A DNA stretch of 64,000 nt from Candidatus Woesearchaeota archaeon. GTDB lineage: Archaea > Nanobdellota > Nanobdellia > Woesearchaeales > WJIZ01. The translations under genes were made by a program, and so were the position numbers. Below the pieces are notes generated by a model that worked only from the letters and a program-made list of their open reading frames with translations, did no database searches and was not told the DNA's origin. The DNA is taken from the NCBI GenBank assembly GCA_018221205.1, contig JAAOYF010000017.1:863-64862 (forward strand), written 5' to 3'. Positions 47,554 through 56,473 of the stretch are shown one piece after another; the stretch's first letter is position 1, and each line of letters starts with the position of its first letter.

Positions 47554-48822
47554 ATGAAAGTACAGTTCATAACACAAGGATGTAGTGCAAATCAGGCAGA
47601 TTCTGAGATAATGGCAGGACTGTTGAAGAGGAAAGGCTATGAGATAACAGATGATGCCAAAACAGTTGTCTTCAATACCTGCACGGTAAAAGGCCCGACT
47701 GAATCATTCTATAGAAGAAAACTGAAAAAACTGGAAGAGGAAGGAAAGAAAATCATCATCGCAGGCTGCATTCCACAAGCAAAAGGCCCTCTAAAAGATC
47801 ATTCTACTGTAGGCAACTTCCAATTAGAGAAGATTGAAGAGGCAATCAAAGAGACAGCTAAAGGAAATGTTGTTTCTTTCCTAGAAAGAAACCATAAATC
47901 ACGGTTGAATCTGCCAAAAATAAGATCAAGAGAGACGATTGAGATCGTTCCCATATCTGATGGCTGTTTGAGTTCATGTTCATTCTGCAAGACAAAGCAT
48001 GCAAGGGGAAATTTATACTCATATCCTGAAAAAGACATCGTAAGACATATCAGCAACGCAGTTCGAGAAGGTGCAAAAGAAATCTGGCTCACTTCTCAAG
48101 ACAGTTCTGCATATGGCCTGGACAATAAAACAAATTTAGCTGAATTATTGAAGAAAATAGTAGAGATTCCAAGAGATTTTCGATTACGGGTAGGTATGGC
48201 CAACCCCGATTACTTCAAATCTTTCTTAGATGAATTTATTGAAGTCATGAAAAATGAAAAGATCTTCAAGTTCTGCCATATTCCAGTGCAATCCGGCAAC
48301 AATTCAGTATTGAAAGATATGAAAAGGAATTATACCGTCGAGGAATATAAGCGAATTGTAAGAAAGATAAAGAAAGAGATTCCTGAAATAAACATCGCAA
48401 CAGACATCATCTGTGGGTTTCCGACAGAAACAAAAGAGCAATTCAACGATACGTTAAGATTAGTCAAAGAAACCAGGCCAGATATCATCAATATCTCCCG
48501 TTTTTGGCCTCGTCCTGGAACGCCGGCAGCAAGAATGGAGCAGATCGGAGGCAGAGAGATCAAAAAAAGGACAAGGTTGCTGACAGAACTCTTTCGCAAA
48601 GTCGCAGAAGAGAATAATAAGAGCTGGCTTGGCTGGAAAGGCAAGATCTGGATCAACGAAAAAAGAAAAAATAGCTCTATGCTAGGAAGAAACTTCGCCT
48701 ACAAGCAAGTGGTTGTTCCAGGAACATTCAAGATAGGCCAAGAACTGGATGTTGAAGTGATTGATTCAACATCCTTCTATCTGAGAGCAAAAATATTAGA
48801 GAAATCTATTTCTTCCGTCTAA
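47554..48822 (+). CDS. MiaB-like tRNA methylthiotransferase (radical SAM MTTase, archaeal/eukaryal e-MtaB type)
   Basis: MKVQFITQGCSANQADSE...NTCTV (UPF0004 domain), ISDGCLSSCSFCKTKH (CxxxCxxC), C-terminal TRAM domain. Confidence 0.75.
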   Translation: MKVQFITQGCSANQADSEIMAGLLKRKGYEITDDAKTVVFNTCTVKGPTESFYRRKLKKLEEEGKKIIIAGCIPQAKGPLKDHSTVGNFQLEKIEEAIKETAKGNVVSFLERNHKSRLNLPKIRSRETIEIVPISDGCLSSCSFCKTKHARGNLYSYPEKDIVRHISNAVREGAKEIWLTSQDSSAYGLDNKTNLAELLKKIVEIPRDFRLRVGMANPDYFKSFLDEFIEVMKNEKIFKFCHIPVQSGNNSVLKDMKRNYTVEEYKRIVRKIKKEIPEINIATDIICGFPTETKEQFNDTLRLVKETRPDIINISRFWPRPGTPAARMEQIGGREIKKRTRLLTELFRKVAEENNKSWLGWKGKIWINEKRKNSSMLGRNFAYKQVVVPGTFKIGQELDVEVIDSTSFYLRAKILEKSISSV

Positions 48823-49273
48823 AAATAACAAACTCCCATTCATCATGGTCTTCTTTCTTCTCGATTTCCCATTCAGTTTCATCCCATTGTGGAAAGAAAG
48901 TATCTCCTTCATACTCTTTTTTGATGAAAGAAAGGTACATCTTATCGAGTTTGTCAATAGTCTGCCTGTAGATCTCGGCTCCGCCAATGACAAATATTGT
49001 TTTTTCATACGATTTTGATTTCTCTAATGCTTCATCAACACTTTTAGCTGTTTCACAGCCCTCAATCTTGTCCATAGAACGAGAAATGACAATATTTACT
49101 CTGTTCGGCATCGGCCTATTGATGCTTCTATAGGTCTTGCCGCCCATAATCACAACAGAATCCTTTGTTTGCTTCCTAAAATGATCCAATTCTTCCTTGA
49201 TATCCCACGGCATCCAGTTATCTTTACCGATAACGTGTTTCTTCTTCGTCATTGCTGCAATTGCTATTATCAT
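48806..49273 (-). CDS. folA: Dihydrofolate reductase
   Basis: MIIAIAAMTKKKHVIGKDNWMPWDIKEELDHFRK..TKDSVVIMGGKTY...IFVIGGAEIY. Confidence 0.8.
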   Translation of the reverse strand: MIIAIAAMTKKKHVIGKDNWMPWDIKEELDHFRKQTKDSVVIMGGKTYRSINRPMPNRVNIVISRSMDKIEGCETAKSVDEALEKSKSYEKTIFVIGGAEIYRQTIDKLDKMYLSFIKKEYEGDTFFPQWDETEWEIEKKEDHDEWEFVIFRRKK

Positions 49274-50133
49274 ATGGCTATGGGGAATTTTATATGTGGA
49301 TGACTTTCATAATCCTCCACCGTACTATCAGTGTATTTCCAATCAAAGATTGATGTAAACTCTGTTTTTATCGTCGGCAATTTCTTCGGCTCTCTGCTGA
49401 TCTGCTCTCTTACGCCTTCGACATGATTATCATAGATATGTGTATCTCCCAGAAATCCAACGAGTTTTCCTTCCTCAAATCCAGATTCCTTAGCAAGGAG
49501 ATGCAACAACAGAGCATAACTCGCAATATTGAAAGGTAATCCTAACATAGTATCAACAGAACGCTGGTTCCACAACAAATTCAATTTGTTTCCTATGACA
49601 TTCACCTGGATAGACCAATGGCAAGGTGGCAAGGCCATTTTCTTAAGATCAAGAGGATTCCATGCTGACATGATCATTCTTCTGCTCGTCGGCTCTTCTT
49701 TAAGCAATCTGATGATTTCTTTAAGCTGATCAAATCCCTTTCCAGTATAAGAAGTATGTTGATCTTGATAGTCAGCACCGAAAAAACGCCATTGGAATCC
49801 GTAGACAGGTCCCAGATCCTTTTCTTCCATCATTTTCTTCTGTGCTTCTTCACTATGGCCGTAAGGCACTTTAGTAGGAGAGCACCATTCATCCCAGATA
49901 TGGTTCTTTCTCTCCTGCAGCCATGCTTTGTCAGTCTTGCCCTTGATAAAAAACTCCAGTTCAGAAGCAACTAACCGAAAAGGCACTTTCTTCGTCGTCA
50001 GAAGAGGAAATCCTTCACTCATATCATGCTCGAATTTCACTCCAAAAACTGCTTTATTCCCTACTCCGGTCCTGTCTTTCTTCGCCACCCCTTTCTCTAG
50101 GATGTGTTTGACAATATCTAAGTAACCCCTCAT
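49270..50133 (-). CDS. thyA: Thymidylate synthase (ThyA type)
   Basis: DRTGVG...PLLTTKKV...SAWNPLDL..MALPPCH...DTHIYDNH. ATGA overlap with folA. Confidence 0.9.
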   Translation of the reverse strand: MRGYLDIVKHILEKGVAKKDRTGVGNKAVFGVKFEHDMSEGFPLLTTKKVPFRLVASELEFFIKGKTDKAWLQERKNHIWDEWCSPTKVPYGHSEEAQKKMMEEKDLGPVYGFQWRFFGADYQDQHTSYTGKGFDQLKEIIRLLKEEPTSRRMIMSAWNPLDLKKMALPPCHWSIQVNVIGNKLNLLWNQRSVDTMLGLPFNIASYALLLHLLAKESGFEEGKLVGFLGDTHIYDNHVEGVREQISREPKKLPTIKTEFTSIFDWKYTDSTVEDYESHPHIKFPIAI

Positions 50134-50185
50134 AGGATTAGATAAAAGGAAAGGATTTTTAACAGTTATGGTTTACTCATAGGTT

Positions 50186-50956
50186 ATGGATATCCGTCGA
50201 TTCCAAAAGAAAATCTTCAGTCACTATGAAGAAAAAGGCCGTGATCTGCCCTGGCGACGTACTAAAGACCCCTACAAGATTCTTCTCTCTGAAATAATGC
50301 TCCAGCAGACCCAGGTAGACCGGGTCATCGACTATTATAAAAAATGGACAAAAAAGTGGCCCGCAGTGAAAAAACTGGCAAATGCATCAAGAAAGGATAT
50401 CCTAAAAGCATGGATGGGTCTCGGGTATAACAATCGTGCCATTAATCTGCATAAAACAGCTAAGATCATTTCAGACCATTTTAAGGGAAATATAATTAAT
50501 GCTGTTCAGAACCATGAAATTCTTCCTGGCATAGGTCCCTATACTTCTGCAGCAGTCCAGATCTTCGCTAAAAATGCCGATATCGTAACTATAGATACGA
50601 ATATCAGAAGGGTCCTGATGCATGAATTCAATATTATGGATGATAAAGTTCCAGAAATGGCGAAAAAATGTCTGCCAAAAGGAAAAAGCCGCATTTGGCA
50701 TAATGCCTTGATGGATTACGGCCAGATTCTATCGTCGAGAAAGACAGGAATCAAGCCAAAAACCCAACAAACTAAGTTCGAAGGCTCTGACAGACAAGTA
50801 AGAGCAAGAATTATGAGGTTATTGCTAAAAAAGAGTCACTCTTTTACCGAGTTGAAAGATTCTCTAACAGTTAAAACATCAAGATTAAATAAAATCATTG
50901 AAAAAATGCTCAAAGAAAAAGTGATAAAAGAAAAAAATAAGAGATATTCTATCTAA
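50186..50956 (+). CDS. HhH-GPD superfamily DNA glycosylase (MutY/Nth-like N-terminal domain, no Fe-S cluster loop)
   Basis: GRDLPWRRTKDPYKILLSEIMLQQTQVDRVI matches the MutY N-terminal signature. Only one Cys is present, so no C-x6-C-x2-C-x5-C cluster. Confidence 0.6.
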   Translation: MDIRRFQKKIFSHYEEKGRDLPWRRTKDPYKILLSEIMLQQTQVDRVIDYYKKWTKKWPAVKKLANASRKDILKAWMGLGYNNRAINLHKTAKIISDHFKGNIINAVQNHEILPGIGPYTSAAVQIFAKNADIVTIDTNIRRVLMHEFNIMDDKVPEMAKKCLPKGKSRIWHNALMDYGQILSSRKTGIKPKTQQTKFEGSDRQVRARIMRLLLKKSHSFTELKDSLTVKTSRLNKIIEKMLKEKVIKEKNKRYSI

Positions 50957-51978
50957 ATATCCTCAATACCCTTGCCAGTGATCACAAATCCGGCTTCTCC
51001 GTCTGGCAAGTAAGGACTATCTACAAGTTTAGCAACTCTCGTTCCTTTCTTACCTCTGCGAAGATATATCCTTGTCTGGGAATTGTGCCCGACGATATTT
51101 CCGCCGATAGCTTCTGTTGGATCACCGAAGAACTGGTCTGGCTTGGCCATCACTTGGTTTGTGACATACACACATAAGTTGTGGATGTCTGCAAGCTTTG
51201 ACAAGACATGCATATGCTTATTCAGCTTCTGCTGCCTGCCTGCAAGTGTTCCTCTGCCCACAAACTCAGCCCTGAAATGCGCAGTCAGTGAATCAACAAC
51301 AACAAGCTTGATTTTATGGCCGTCTTTCACGATAAGGTCCTCGATCTTCTCAGCAAGCAACATCTGATGGTCTGAGTTATAGGCTCGAGCGACCATGATG
51401 TTCTTCAGTACTTTATCAGGATCCATTCCTGCACCTTTGGCAATCTCGACGATTCTTTCAGGTCTAAAGGTAGATTCAGTATCTATGTAGACGACTTTGC
51501 CATCAGTTCCGCCTTTATCAGCAGGCAATTGTGCCCGGATAGCTATGATGTGTGCTATTTGAGATTTACCAGAGCCGTATTGGCCATATGTTTCAGTAAT
51601 GCCGTTGGTCTCTATGCCACCACCGAGCAATTTATCGACTTCTTTGCTTCCTGTGGTTATCTTCATCACATTTTTCCGTTTCTCGAGCAGATCCAATCCA
51701 GAAGAGAATCCCATATCGAGCATACTTCTGCCTGCTGCGATAATTTTCTTGGCAGCTACCTCAGTCATGCCTGTAGCATCGGTCAACTCGCCGGGTGTAG
51801 CGACAGCCACCCCCATCAGGTCATTAAAGCCCGCGATTTGCAACTTCTCTATAGTCGCTGCTCCGACTCCTGGAAGATCTTCTAATGTCTTTTCTTGTTT
51901 GATTTCCTTTTCCATCTTGATTTCTATGACTTTTGTTTCTTGTTTCATAGTTCCGTCCTCGTTTTTATGTTTTTTCAT
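50953..51978 (-). CDS. radA: DNA repair and recombination protein RadA
   Basis: N-terminal HhH (LEDLPGVGAATIEKL), Walker A GQYGSGKSQ, Walker B KLVVVDS. Confidence 0.85.
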   Translation of the reverse strand: MKKHKNEDGTMKQETKVIEIKMEKEIKQEKTLEDLPGVGAATIEKLQIAGFNDLMGVAVATPGELTDATGMTEVAAKKIIAAGRSMLDMGFSSGLDLLEKRKNVMKITTGSKEVDKLLGGGIETNGITETYGQYGSGKSQIAHIIAIRAQLPADKGGTDGKVVYIDTESTFRPERIVEIAKGAGMDPDKVLKNIMVARAYNSDHQMLLAEKIEDLIVKDGHKIKLVVVDSLTAHFRAEFVGRGTLAGRQQKLNKHMHVLSKLADIHNLCVYVTNQVMAKPDQFFGDPTEAIGGNIVGHNSQTRIYLRRGKKGTRVAKLVDSPYLPDGEAGFVITGKGIEDI

Positions 51979-52017
51979 TGTAAAGCCTCATTAAAAAATA
52001 AAAAAATAAGAGATAAG

Positions 52018-52302
52018 TTACATCACAATCTCTTCAAAGACCTCTTCTTCAGCTGAATCAGTATCTCGTAGGATGAGATACTCATAAGCCTTATTCAAGA
52101 CAAGTGCTGCCTTAGGCAGGTCATTAAGTCTCAGAGAATTAGTGCTCTGCCATTCGTCATTCTTGTCTTTATACCTTCGCTGTAAAGATATAGTTCTAAA
52201 CTCTACAGCCTGGCCGGTTTTACTAGTGCCAGAATTCTTCCATATAGCAGCACTGATAGCGCCAGTGCTAAATTTTTTTTCAGGTTTGTCCATTCTTACC
52301 AA
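52018..52302 (-). CDS. Small hypothetical protein (94 aa); possibly a PC4-like ssDNA-binding fold
   Basis: No firm family. A weak pattern resemblance (W...EF.tISL.RRY.D...EW...SLRL..L) to PC4/YdbC-like proteins. Confidence 0.3.
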   Translation of the reverse strand: MVRMDKPEKKFSTGAISAAIWKNSGTSKTGQAVEFRTISLQRRYKDKNDEWQSTNSLRLNDLPKAALVLNKAYEYLILRDTDSAEEEVFEEIVM

Positions 52303-52593
52303 CCTCCTTCCTTATCGGATCTTGTTTCAACATCCCCTTTATTATGGGCTGGTGCAAGCACTGCCCCAGGGATGGGATTTTCGGTAAGCGTGATTATGAT
52401 GGGGTGAGGGGCCGCTTGTGGGAGAGAACTCGCGGCCACTTGCCCAAGCAATACTATATAGGGCATGCTTCTTTATATAGGTTAGCCGCCCAGGAACATG
52501 TCCAGTGCCACCGAAATTTTAAGGAAGTAAGCAGGGTAATACTCAAATATTAAAGAATCTTGCCTGTCCAGTGCCGCAATATTTCCGACGATA

Positions 52594-53046
52594 TTAGAAA
52601 ACCAAGAGAATGATGCCTACAACTATCAGAAAGAAGAATATTTTCTCTAAAATCCCTCCTGTCTTGACAAATCCTTTGGCCTTGAAACCCAGAGGCCAGA
52701 ACGGTCTGATGCCTTTTTTTGTCAAAGCATCCAAAATAAGGTGAGATGCTGTTCCAAATAAGAATCCGAAAGCAACTTCTTGATAAGGCAAAAAAGAAAG
52801 CAGGATATATCCTGCCAAGACAAACCATATTGAATGAAAAAACGTCCGATGCCCGAAGATAAGCTTAAGGAATGAAGAAAGCATGCCAATTTTCTTGCCG
52901 GCTTTTGATTTCGGCTCATCAATATCTACAAAAGCAGTGAAGAGAATCAACGAAGCAAAGAATAAAATGTTGCTTTGAAAAGAAAAATAACGTAAAGAAA
53001 CTATACCGATAAGGATTGAGAACACTAAATGGGTATAAAATAGCAT
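52594..53046 (-). CDS. Membrane-bound metal-dependent hydrolase (YdjM/DUF457 family)
   Basis: Four TM helices and a HLILDALT motif. The start overlaps the rpa stop by 1 nt. Confidence 0.5.
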   Translation of the reverse strand: MLFYTHLVFSILIGIVSLRYFSFQSNILFFASLILFTAFVDIDEPKSKAGKKIGMLSSFLKLIFGHRTFFHSIWFVLAGYILLSFLPYQEVAFGFLFGTASHLILDALTKKGIRPFWPLGFKAKGFVKTGGILEKIFFFLIVVGIILLVF

Positions 53047-54050
53047 TATTGTACAGCTTCGGCTTCTTTCTCTAATCTTTTTAATTCTTCATCTGGATTT
53101 GGATCAGGAAACACTTGTTGGGAGATGAATTCAATCCTATCAAACATCTCGTTTTTAGTCACCCTGCCGACAATCTTGACAATTTTTCCCAATAATCCAT
53201 CTTTGATTGCTTGAAATTCTGCAGTATTCTCTTTTAATTTGAGAATTTCATCATTATTTTTTTGCAGGAGATTATTCATCTGATTCCTGAAGAAAATCGT
53301 CCGTATCGTCGAGGTTCCATCATCCAGGACAGTATTCATCACATACCCATATGCTGTTGCAACGCTTCCATGTGTCGGACATTCAAATCCGTTCTCTTTC
53401 TGCTTTGCTCTCTTCCCGCATTCCGGACACACTTCATAGAACCGAGGCTCAAAAGCCTGGACAATAGTGCCCAATAGCTCGATATTGCTCTCATTTTCCT
53501 TGAGATCAGCGATTTTTCTCCTACCTACAACGGGCTGGGCAACCTCACCGACAGTCTCACCCTCTGGATTCGGGATGATCTCTCCTTTTGTAGCAAGGTG
53601 TATCTCTAGATTATTATTATTATTCCGGGAATACGCACCAACAACCTTGACGATAATGCCCATTTTAAGATCCTTCACAATATCTGTCTGTTCATTCCAT
53701 AATACGACCCTGATAGTGCCTGTTTCATCTCCGATAGTAAATGCTAAGACCTTCCCGGCACTCCCATCTTTCCGATTGAACTCCTTGACATCGAACAATT
53801 GGGTGATTTTGCCGACAGTCTCAACACTCCTCATCCCTTCGAGAATACGTTTGATCTTGACTTTGGTCTGTGATTCATCAAAAAGCTTCACTCCCAATTC
53901 ATTGGCTATGATGTGGGCGGCTCCTTCTTTGGAGATCAGCCCAGAAAGCTGGTCCATCTTGGACTTGATCTTGGCATCGATCTCTCCGTCGCTGATCTTG
54001 GCCTGCTCTTTGATCTTCTCAACTAACATGTCAAAAGGTACTTTAATCAT
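53046..54050 (-). CDS. rpa: Replication protein A (ssDNA-binding, euryarchaeal RPA with OB folds and Zn ribbon)
   Basis: OB-fold blocks plus CPECGKRAKQKENGFECPTHG zinc ribbon. Its TATA box (ctttaaatag, 54082-54091) overlaps the last codons of the upstream gene. Confidence 0.7.
   Translation of the reverse strand: MIKVPFDMLVEKIKEQAKISDGEIDAKIKSKMDQLSGLISKEGAAHIIANELGVKLFDESQTKVKIKRILEGMRSVETVGKITQLFDVKEFNRKDGSAGKVLAFTIGDETGTIRVVLWNEQTDIVKDLKMGIIVKVVGAYSRNNNNNLEIHLATKGEIIPNPEGETVGEVAQPVVGRRKIADLKENESNIELLGTIVQAFEPRFYEVCPECGKRAKQKENGFECPTHGSVATAYGYVMNTVLDDGTSTIRTIFFRNQMNNLLQKNNDEILKLKENTAEFQAIKDGLLGKIVKIVGRVTKNEMFDRIEFISQQVFPDPNPDEELKRLEKEAEAVQ
53609..53623. repeat. (ATT)5 trinucleotide microsatellite inside rpa, encoding an Asn5 linker
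   Basis: attattattattatt, read on the coding strand as AAT x5 = NNNNN in RPA. Confidence 0.6.
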
Positions 54051-54082
54051 CCTGTTCTAGAACTTCCTATGCTTTAAATAGT

Positions 54083-55576
54083 TTATGGGATAGTTATCGT
54101 AGCTATTGCATAGAGTATGGGGAATTCATTGCGATATTCGGGCCTGACTCGTAAGATCGTTATTCCTTCTTTCTGGTCTTTTTCCACAGGATTCCCGGCT
54201 TTATCTGCCACAAGAACAGCGACACAGTAAGTTTTCCCTGGCATGAACAGCCCAAGAACATCATTCTTCTCTCTTCGTTGCCCGCCTAGGACCCCTTCAC
54301 CATCCATAGTGACAACGTCAGTGCAATCTCCTTCCTTGATATAATAGTAAACATCAAGATTTTCCTCAGCCAGATCCATAGTGATGTCGCTTACAGTTAA
54401 TTGAAGATTTGTTGCTGCCGGAGGAGCGAGCCTATCTTGTGGGGTGAATGTTCTGGTGAGAGGGTCTGCCATATTGCTGTTCTTATCGACTCCGGTGATA
54501 GTGAAGGTATATTCCTTGTCCTCAAGATTAGGGATAAGGTAATGATACAAAGAATCTGAATAAAGGAAAAATGATTTCATCTCTTTTACATAAGGTTGCG
54601 CATCTTTTATTGAAGCAGAAAGCGATGTTGAATCAAATTCGATGTTGAAATGATCAATGTCCTTATCATCGGCCTTCCATGAGAGAATGACTCCTTTGTC
54701 CAGTTTAGAGGCTATCTCTACAACCAATCCACCAAGCTGCGGTGCTGTGTCTCTGAAATAGACCGCAAATTTGACTTTTTGTTGTTTCTCTGAAAGCCCT
54801 TTCCCCTGAGGGATTAGATAATGGTTATTGGTCGAGGCGCAGAACAAGAATGTCCTGTCATCATCATTATCCTTCTTCTCACAATCGATTTCTAATAATA
54901 TGATTTGTCTCTTATTGAAATCATCGACTGCTTTGGTTACGCAGCTGGAAAGCTGCGCACTCCTCTCGCAATCTACAACATCAGAAAAGATCTGAGAGAA
55001 TTCTTGCCATAAAGTATCATAGATGGAAGTATCATAGGCAAGAGTGAGGTCAAAACTAGGTTTCAAAGTAAGATTCCCTATCTTATCGTTCTTGAATTCT
55101 ATAGGCTGCACAAGATTCTGCAATGCAATGCCTATGATCTGCAGTCCTCTATTCTCTCGGCTGTAGAATTCATAGTCGATATCCAAGCCTGCTTTATCCA
55201 GGTTGCTTTTGAGAAGCGGAAGAAGCGCTTGATGGAGGTTCTTGAACAGGATATTCTGTTCTGGAAAGCAGATGCTGTCTTTTGTCTGCCACAAGACATA
55301 TTCTACGCTGCCGCAGGGAAACGTTTGATAATATCCTCCTCTCTCCTCTAAAAGAGAGAGTGCCTGATAGGAAGAGAATTTCGCAGCGTGGTCAATATAG
55401 AACAAGGATTGCTGTTGCTTGCTTGAGATGTCCAAGATCTCAAACTGCAGTTCCCCTATCTTGGCAGAGAAATCCCCTTTCATGTTGTCGAGAGTGATGA
55501 ACAGGCTGGGAAAGATCATGCCGATCATGAAAAGTGACAGCAGCAGTATGAACACCATCCCTTTTTTTGATCTCAT
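54083..55576 (-). CDS. Secreted or cell-surface protein with a class-III (prepilin-like) signal peptide; function unknown
   Basis: N-terminus MRSKKG|MVFILLLSLFMIGMIF, the rest hydrophilic. Last gene of the long minus-strand operon. Confidence 0.5.
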   Translation of the reverse strand: MRSKKGMVFILLLSLFMIGMIFPSLFITLDNMKGDFSAKIGELQFEILDISSKQQQSLFYIDHAAKFSSYQALSLLEERGGYYQTFPCGSVEYVLWQTKDSICFPEQNILFKNLHQALLPLLKSNLDKAGLDIDYEFYSRENRGLQIIGIALQNLVQPIEFKNDKIGNLTLKPSFDLTLAYDTSIYDTLWQEFSQIFSDVVDCERSAQLSSCVTKAVDDFNKRQIILLEIDCEKKDNDDDRTFLFCASTNNHYLIPQGKGLSEKQQKVKFAVYFRDTAPQLGGLVVEIASKLDKGVILSWKADDKDIDHFNIEFDSTSLSASIKDAQPYVKEMKSFFLYSDSLYHYLIPNLEDKEYTFTITGVDKNSNMADPLTRTFTPQDRLAPPAATNLQLTVSDITMDLAEENLDVYYYIKEGDCTDVVTMDGEGVLGGQRREKNDVLGLFMPGKTYCVAVLVADKAGNPVEKDQKEGITILRVRPEYRNEFPILYAIATITIP

Positions 55577-56019
55577 GTATACCCCAGGATTGCTAGTCGT
55601 ATCGGTAATGGTCCTTCAGGACTCGCGATGTCCATCGATTGTTCAAGAAGCACCTGTTTTTTCTCACAATCTACACTGTACAGCGTCTGATCATCCTGCC
55701 ACAATGCCCAGCATATGGGCTGTGCCTGTCCATATACACTGTTCAATGCATGATTGATTACATTCTTTGCCAGATCCCTTGACGGATTTTCAATAGTGAG
55801 CAGGACTTCATCTGCAACAGTGGTTGATTCGGTCACAGGGGTCTGCAGGATGCTGATGAGGATGCCTTTGTCATCAAGATAGCCTTTCTGGATTGAGATT
55901 TCATACGTGATATCTCCGATAAGGAATGAATAAGCGACAAACCATGCTACCATCCCCAAAAAGAAGAAAAACCAACCTAGCATATCTGTAAATATGCCCA
56001 AAAATCCTTTCTTATTCAT
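55573..56019 (-). CDS. Small pilin-like protein (class-III signal peptide)
   Basis: MNKKG|FLGIFTDMLGWFFFFLGMVAWFV. 4-nt overlap with the downstream gene. Confidence 0.5.
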   Translation of the reverse strand: MNKKGFLGIFTDMLGWFFFFLGMVAWFVAYSFLIGDITYEISIQKGYLDDKGILISILQTPVTESTTVADEVLLTIENPSRDLAKNVINHALNSVYGQAQPICWALWQDDQTLYSVDCEKKQVLLEQSMDIASPEGPLPIRLAILGYT

Positions 56020-56473
56020 ATTCCACCGTCTTTATCTGCATCTTTCCCTCGCTTCCGTTGTGGCTGACGAGATATCTCCAGAAAAGATTATCATGAAATT
56101 TGCTGAATTTTGACAAAGGCTCATCTCTCTCAAACCATTTTTGATTGTAGAAGATCTCCTTCTGCTGCCCATCTCTCTCTAAGATGATCCGTGCGCTGAA
56201 CGTGTCCTCTGCATCGTCAGCCCTAATCAATTCCTCTGGTAACTTTTCCTTGATCACACCAGGATATGTCCGCAACGCGAGTGGTGATTCGTGGCTCAAT
56301 TCTCCATAGATCGCGCGATGAGAGAAGATCACAGCCCGAAGATCATAAAGTTCAATCTTGTTGTTGACATGCGTACTCACGAGCAGCCACAACGTGAAGA
56401 AGATGATGACTAGGAAAAGCATTCTCCAGAATCCATAATTCAGTATCTTGAATCCATCTCCTTTTTTGTTCAT
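56012..56473 (-). CDS. Small pilin-like protein (class-III signal peptide)
   Basis: MNKKG|DGFKILNYGFWRMLFLVIIFFTLWLL. Confidence 0.5.
   Translation of the reverse strand: MNKKGDGFKILNYGFWRMLFLVIIFFTLWLLVSTHVNNKIELYDLRAVIFSHRAIYGELSHESPLALRTYPGVIKEKLPEELIRADDAEDTFSARIILERDGQQKEIFYNQKWFERDEPLSKFSKFHDNLFWRYLVSHNGSEGKMQIKTVEYE

Noticed and set aside
52344-52553. 69-aa highly basic ORF (MGWCKHCPRDG...) and the overlapping 81-aa ORF 52142-52387
   Set aside because: They fall in the GC-rich candidate ncRNA region. The basic composition is what GC-rich RNA genes produce in random frames, and there is no TATA box at a suitable distance.
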